Positions 55,211 through 58,093 of a stretch of DNA of 58,093 nucleotides are shown piece after piece. The first letter of the stretch is position 1, and every line of letters starts with the position of its first letter. A model generated the notes under the pieces. That model was not told the origin of the DNA. It worked only from the letters and a program-made list of their open reading frames with translations, and did no database searches. The stretch is from the IMG/VR virus record IMGVR_UViG_3300033067_000641, positions 1 to 58,093 of that record; one strand, given 5' to 3'. The translations under genes were made by a program, and so were the position numbers. The DNA is from a virus (Duplodnaviria; Caudoviricetes).

Positions 55211-55353
55211 GGTTGTTCTACCGACTCTGGTACGGCTTTGAGATGAGCATGGCCTACCTCGCAGGAAACATGGGTGACACGATCAGCATGGCGAACCACG
55301 AACGCATGGCTGACGTTGTCTGGAAGAAATGGTTTACGGAGGGATTGAGATGA
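55198..55353 (+). CDS. Hypothetical protein
   Basis: RBS GGAGG before a GTG. Start uncertain. Confidence 0.5.
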   Translation: MAVVRLFYRLWYGFEMSMAYLAGNMGDTISMANHERMADVVWKKWFTEGLR

Positions 55354-55631
55354 ACGATGATGGGTTCTGTGGGATGTTGGTTCTGATATTGAGCCTGCTC
55401 CTGTGGGCGATTACCACGATGAACCATGCCGAGACGTTCATCAGGACGCGGGAGAAGATGCACCGCACCGGCATTGACCTGTGGTGTGAACTGGTGAATA
55501 GGTTGCAGGAATGCCTCGATGACCAGAACATTCCGCAGAACGTCGAGGGGCCTGCGGAGCTATGCCCCAAACCTGCGCCCGGTTTTGAATTCGATGCCCG
55601 TGGCGTTCTCGTGAGAAAGATGGACTCATGA
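55350..55631 (+). CDS. Membrane-anchored hypothetical protein
   Basis: N-terminal TM segment, ATGA-coupled. Confidence 0.6.
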   Translation: MNDDGFCGMLVLILSLLLWAITTMNHAETFIRTREKMHRTGIDLWCELVNRLQECLDDQNIPQNVEGPAELCPKPAPGFEFDARGVLVRKMDS

Positions 55632-56017
55632 AGTTCGAATTCGAACGCGCCGACCCTGCCGCGCTTGCCACCTTTGACCCACGGACCAAAGCATGCACCA
55701 TGAATTGCGGACCAAGTTTTGACGATCCGCGATCACCAGAGGAACGGCGTTTTCTGTGTCCTGACTGCGAAACGGTCAAATTGCCACGGCAACAGGATTT
55801 TGATTGGGCTGATCGACAACTGCCGACCGGAGTTACGCGGCAAGACGTGTGCATCTGGACGCAGGACAGCGATGGACCGTGGAACACTTCCTGCGGTGTG
55901 ACGTGGGAATTTGTTGATGGTGGACCAGCCGAGAACGGTGCGCATTTTTGCCACCATTGCGGTGGGGTGCTGATGGCAGCGCCATTTGCCGACGACGATG
56001 CACAGCCTAACGTGTAG
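55628..56017 (+). CDS. Cys-rich protein ending inside the first attC
   Basis: CTMNCG..CPDC and C..SCG..FCHHCG. Ends ...PNV*. Confidence 0.7.
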   Translation: MKFEFERADPAALATFDPRTKACTMNCGPSFDDPRSPEERRFLCPDCETVKLPRQQDFDWADRQLPTGVTRQDVCIWTQDSDGPWNTSCGVTWEFVDGGPAENGAHFCHHCGGVLMAAPFADDDAQPNV

Positions 56018-56072
56018 TTCAGGGGGCTGAGCCGGCCTTATGGCGAAGCTCCCTTGCAATGACGGGTTAGCC
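56005..56072 (-). repeat. attC: attC-like site (68 bp)
   Basis: Minus: GGCTAAC-CCGTCA-TTGCAAGGGAGCT...AGCCCCCTGAA-CTACAC-GTTAGGC. Confidence 0.88.
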
Positions 56073-56111
56073 GCCTGCCCACTCAGACGGCACAACAGCA
56101 AAGGAAAAGAA

Positions 56112-56477
56112 ATGCGCACACTGAACGAGCACCAAGTAAACCCCGCGAATGACACGCTGAAAATTACCGTGACGGATGAACCCGGCGCTGGCGGCGCAAA
56201 CCACCGCTACGAAGTGAGCGGCATCCCGAACCAAACGGCGACGGTTATTGAGTTCCAGAACGGGCCGATTAACGAGGACGGCAATGGCGTGAACGGCCTT
56301 ACGCATGAGGTTCTGCTTGCCATCGTCGCCGACCGTCTGCGCAGCTTCCAAGCAGGGGCTTACTCCTGCAAGGCGAACGCTTGCGCTCTGACGCACATTG
56401 AGGAAGCGCAGCACTGGCTGCAACAGCGCACTCTGGAGCGCATGCGCCGTGGTGTCGAAGGTACTCACACGGTTTGA
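56112..56477 (+). CDS. tad1: Tad1-like anti-Thoeris sponge protein (cassette-borne)
   Basis: GAGGANHRY, IEFQNG, LLAIVADRLRSFQAG.YSC..NACALTHIEEA..W...R...R..RGVEGT, matching the Tad1 pattern as I recall it. RBS AAGGA. Confidence 0.82.
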   Translation: MRTLNEHQVNPANDTLKITVTDEPGAGGANHRYEVSGIPNQTATVIEFQNGPINEDGNGVNGLTHEVLLAIVADRLRSFQAGAYSCKANACALTHIEEAQHWLQQRTLERMRRGVEGTHTV

Positions 56478-56513
56478 TGTGACGGCCGGCATGACGACGC
56501 GAGAACTCATGCG

Positions 56514-56636
56514 CTCTAACGTAGAGCTAACCGGCGTGCCGCCCACGGACGCCACCAAGGGAGGATGAGCATGGAGCAAGAACAGAAGGTTGAAGGAACA
56601 TCGAGCGGCACGTCCGCGTTGAGCGCCGGGTTGGGG
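56514..56636 (-). repeat. attC: attC-like site with long terminal loop (123 bp)
   Basis: Minus: CCCCAAC-CCGGCG-CTCAACGCGGACGTGCCGC...GCGGCACGCCGGTTAG-CTCTAC-GTTAGAG. Confidence 0.85.
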
Positions 56637-56852
56637 GCGATGACGCATTTCTGGTGCGAGGTGTGCGATGCAATACAGCCCGCATTTTTTGAGGGGGCGA
56701 ACCACCAAGATACGTCTGGTGATTTTGTCGGAGGCGATGTTGTGTGCAGCGTGTGTGCCTTCATCGTTGCCACTGCATATACCCCCAACGTGGATGTCAC
56801 CGGCGCGAGCGGCGCTTTTGCCGCGAAGCGTCCGTGTGGACAGAAGGGTTAG
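56565..56852 (+). CDS. Cassette zinc-ribbon protein, starts within one attC and ends within the next
   Basis: GGGAGG RBS in the attC loop. CEVC...CSVC. Alternative ATG at 56640. Confidence 0.65.
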   Translation: MSMEQEQKVEGTSSGTSALSAGLGAMTHFWCEVCDAIQPAFFEGANHQDTSGDFVGGDVVCSVCAFIVATAYTPNVDVTGASGAFAAKRPCGQKG

Positions 56853-56854
56853 CC
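56783..56854 (-). repeat. attC: attC-like site (72 bp)
   Basis: Minus: GGCTAAC-CCTTCT-GTCCACACGGACGC...GCGCCGGTGAC-ATCCAC-GTTGGGG. Confidence 0.88.
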
Positions 56855-56857
56855 ATC

Positions 56858-57082
56858 ATGAACCGGATAGAAGTTGACCGCGCCCTCGGGCAGACGCCAT
56901 GCATCTGTGGCGACGTTGAGAACTGGCACCCGCAATGCTATGCGAAGTTTCTCGGCAGGCCGAAGCACGAAATTGATGCCGCGATGGATCGCGCTTACCG
57001 CACGGCGCGGCGCAAGTTGAAAGAGCGAGCGAAAGTGCAGGCAGGGGAAGCACTAATGATGGCTAACGCAAAAGTGAGCTGA
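56858..57082 (+). CDS. Cassette hypothetical protein (CxC..WH..CY)
   Basis: ATG just after the core box. Ends ...ANAKVS* inside the next attC. Confidence 0.7.
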   Translation: MNRIEVDRALGQTPCICGDVENWHPQCYAKFLGRPKHEIDAAMDRAYRTARRKLKERAKVQAGEALMMANAKVS

Positions 57083-57126
57083 CTGCGCGGCTTTTCGCGC
57101 AGGTCAGCTCGACTGCCGGGTTAGCC
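57061..57126 (-). repeat. attC: attC-like site (66 bp)
   Basis: Minus: GGCTAAC-CCGGCA-GTCGAGCTGACCTGCGCG-AAAAGC-CGCGCAGTCAGCTCAC-TTTTGC-GTTAGCC. Confidence 0.92.
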
Positions 57127-57151
57127 CCGGCGCTACTACGGAGAAAAGAAC

Positions 57152-57529
57152 ATGGACATACAACGACTGCGGAACCTGACCACCGGCCGGCTGCACACCA
57201 AGATGGAAGACATCTACGCCGACATTGAGCACCTGACCGGTGAGGAAGGCGTGATGACACACCAGCTACCGAACGCATGCCGCGCACTCGAACCTTACCT
57301 GCGCGAGAAAGTGACGGATGAGCGGTTTTGGGACGGTGAATACGACACCACGCACACCGGAGAAATTGACGTTCCGCCGATGGACGATGTGGCGCGAAAG
57401 ACGATGTGGGAGCGGTACGGCGCAATGCCATCGTTGCTGGCCTCGATAGGGGCTAACGTCGAACATCAGGGGCCGCGTAGCGGTCCGCTGCATGGCCCGG
57501 TTGGGCCACAAACCAAGGAGCCGATATGA
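57152..57529 (+). CDS. Cassette hypothetical phage protein reading through the next attC
   Basis: RBS GGAG. LTTGRL...MTHQLP. ATGA-coupled to the next cassette gene. Confidence 0.75.
   Translation: MDIQRLRNLTTGRLHTKMEDIYADIEHLTGEEGVMTHQLPNACRALEPYLREKVTDERFWDGEYDTTHTGEIDVPPMDDVARKTMWERYGAMPSLLASIGANVEHQGPRSGPLHGPVGPQTKEPI
57451..57506 (-). repeat. attC: attC-like site (56 bp)
   Basis: Minus: GCCCAAC-CGGGC-CATGCAGCGGACCGC-TAC-GCGGCCCCTGATG-TTCGAC-GTTAGCC. Confidence 0.88.
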
Positions 57530-57729
57530 AACTACAACAAGCCGCCGCAGAACTTGTGAAGCTCGCAGAAGCGAACGATGCGATGTCTTTCATCTTCGAC
57601 ACCTCGCAGGACGGGAAGGTGCGAATTGATTGGCAGGGCTGCATGAAGATCGAAGTTGCACCGGGCGATATGCAAGCCGTGGTGGATGCAATGCAAATGC
57701 TGGAAGACCTTGGGATCGCGGTGATATGA
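57526..57729 (+). CDS. Cassette hypothetical protein (paralogue A)
   Basis: RBS AAGGAG. Confidence 0.78.
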   Translation: MKLQQAAAELVKLAEANDAMSFIFDTSQDGKVRIDWQGCMKIEVAPGDMQAVVDAMQMLEDLGIAVI

Positions 57730-57730
57730 G

Positions 57731-57791
57731 GCCCAACGAGTGAGGTAACCGGCGCCTGCTTGCAGGCGTCCGGTTGACCGAGAGGCATAAC
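57731..57791 (-). repeat. attC: attC-like site with micro-inverted R'' box
   Basis: L arms GGTAACCGGCGCCTGC/GCAGGCGTCCGGTTGACC are intact. The expected + strand GTTATGC reads GCATAAC inside the IR CCGAGAGG/CCTCTCGG. Confidence 0.8.
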
Positions 57792-57817
57792 CTCTCGGAA
57801 CTATGGAGGAACGACAA

Positions 57818-58012
57818 GTGAGCATACAGGCAGCAGCGCAAGAGGTGTTTGATGCGTGCAGGGCGGTGGATGAAGAACTTGAGGTGACTTTCGACGCCAA
57901 CGAAATCACGATCTATTGGGAAAACCTTCGCATCGACGTGCAGCCCAAAGACCTCGTCAAGGCGCTCAAGGTGATTAAGGACGCCAAGGCGCTCGGAGCG
58001 AGATTCGAGTGA
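57818..58012 (+). CDS. Cassette hypothetical protein (paralogue B)
   Basis: GGAGG RBS before GTG 57818. Aligns with 57526-57729. Confidence 0.78.
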   Translation: MSIQAAAQEVFDACRAVDEELEVTFDANEITIYWENLRIDVQPKDLVKALKVIKDAKALGARFE

Positions 58013-58013
58013 G

Positions 58014-58084
58014 GCATAACGCCGCCTTGAGGGGCGCGGAGCCGGCTTCATCGGCGGAGCGTCCGCTCGAAGGCACAGTTATGC
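58014..58084 (-). repeat. attC: attC-like site (71 bp)
   Basis: Minus: GCATAAC-TGTGCC-TTCGAGCGGACGC...GCGCCCCTCAA-GGCGGC-GTTATGC. Confidence 0.88.
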
Positions 58085-58093
58085 GTAAGGAGG

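Larger units (their letters stand above)
1..58093. mobile_element. Near-complete tailed bacteriophage genome (podovirus-like), circularly permuted
   Basis: Terminase, portal, scaffold, capsid, tail, lysis and replication modules all present. No bacterial housekeeping genes and no tape measure or sheath gene. Both window ends fall within what looks like the same gene cassette. Confidence 0.93.
56005..58093 (-). mobile_element. Integron-type gene-cassette array without integrase (CALIN-like), continuing at 1-~440
   Basis: Seven attC-like sites here, spaced about 270-510 bp apart with one ORF per unit and complementary cassette ends. Confidence 0.88.

Noticed and set aside
56005-58084. CRISPR array or simple terminators
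   Set aside because: The repeats are not identical, the spacers are gene-sized, there are no U-tracts, and the cassette-end complementarity fits attC.
1-58093. Integron integrase or prophage integrase
   Set aside because: No ORF with tyrosine- or serine-recombinase motifs was recognised. The gap at the window ends remains unchecked.
1-58093. tRNA genes or DNA-modification genes such as purZ
   Set aside because: None recognised by eye. tRNAscan-SE and HMM searches would be needed to exclude them.

Overview
The window reads as an almost complete, circularly permuted ~58 kb tailed-phage genome with a podovirus-type virion module. Family assignments come from motif recognition, not database searches. 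There are three blocks. (1) A + strand replication operon (~1.9-11.6 kb): family A DNA polymerase, PD-(D/E)XK exonuclease, VRR-NUC, HNH, SNF2 helicase, SSB-like protein and primase-helicase. (2) A - strand late operon (44.7 to 11.7 kb): RHH regulator, terminases, portal, lysis genes, scaffold, capsid, adaptors, tail fibre and internal virion proteins, including an SLT protein and a 2883-aa polyvalent protein. (3) A + strand early/accessory region (45.1-58.1 kb, continuing at 1-1.8 kb). The standout feature is an integron-type gene-cassette array that wraps across the window ends (56005-58093 plus 1-~440). It has eight full-length attC-like sites (one with a micro-inverted core box) and one half site. 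Most cassettes have complementary core boxes at their two ends. Every ORF is antisense to the canonical attC orientation, and no integron integrase is present in the window. One cassette encodes a Tad1-like anti-Thoeris sponge. Also present are a five-copy ACTCGGCAG-N4-CTGCCGAGT palindrome family and an origin-like AT-rich inverted-repeat region. I saw no integrase, tRNA, CRISPR array or reverse transcriptase.
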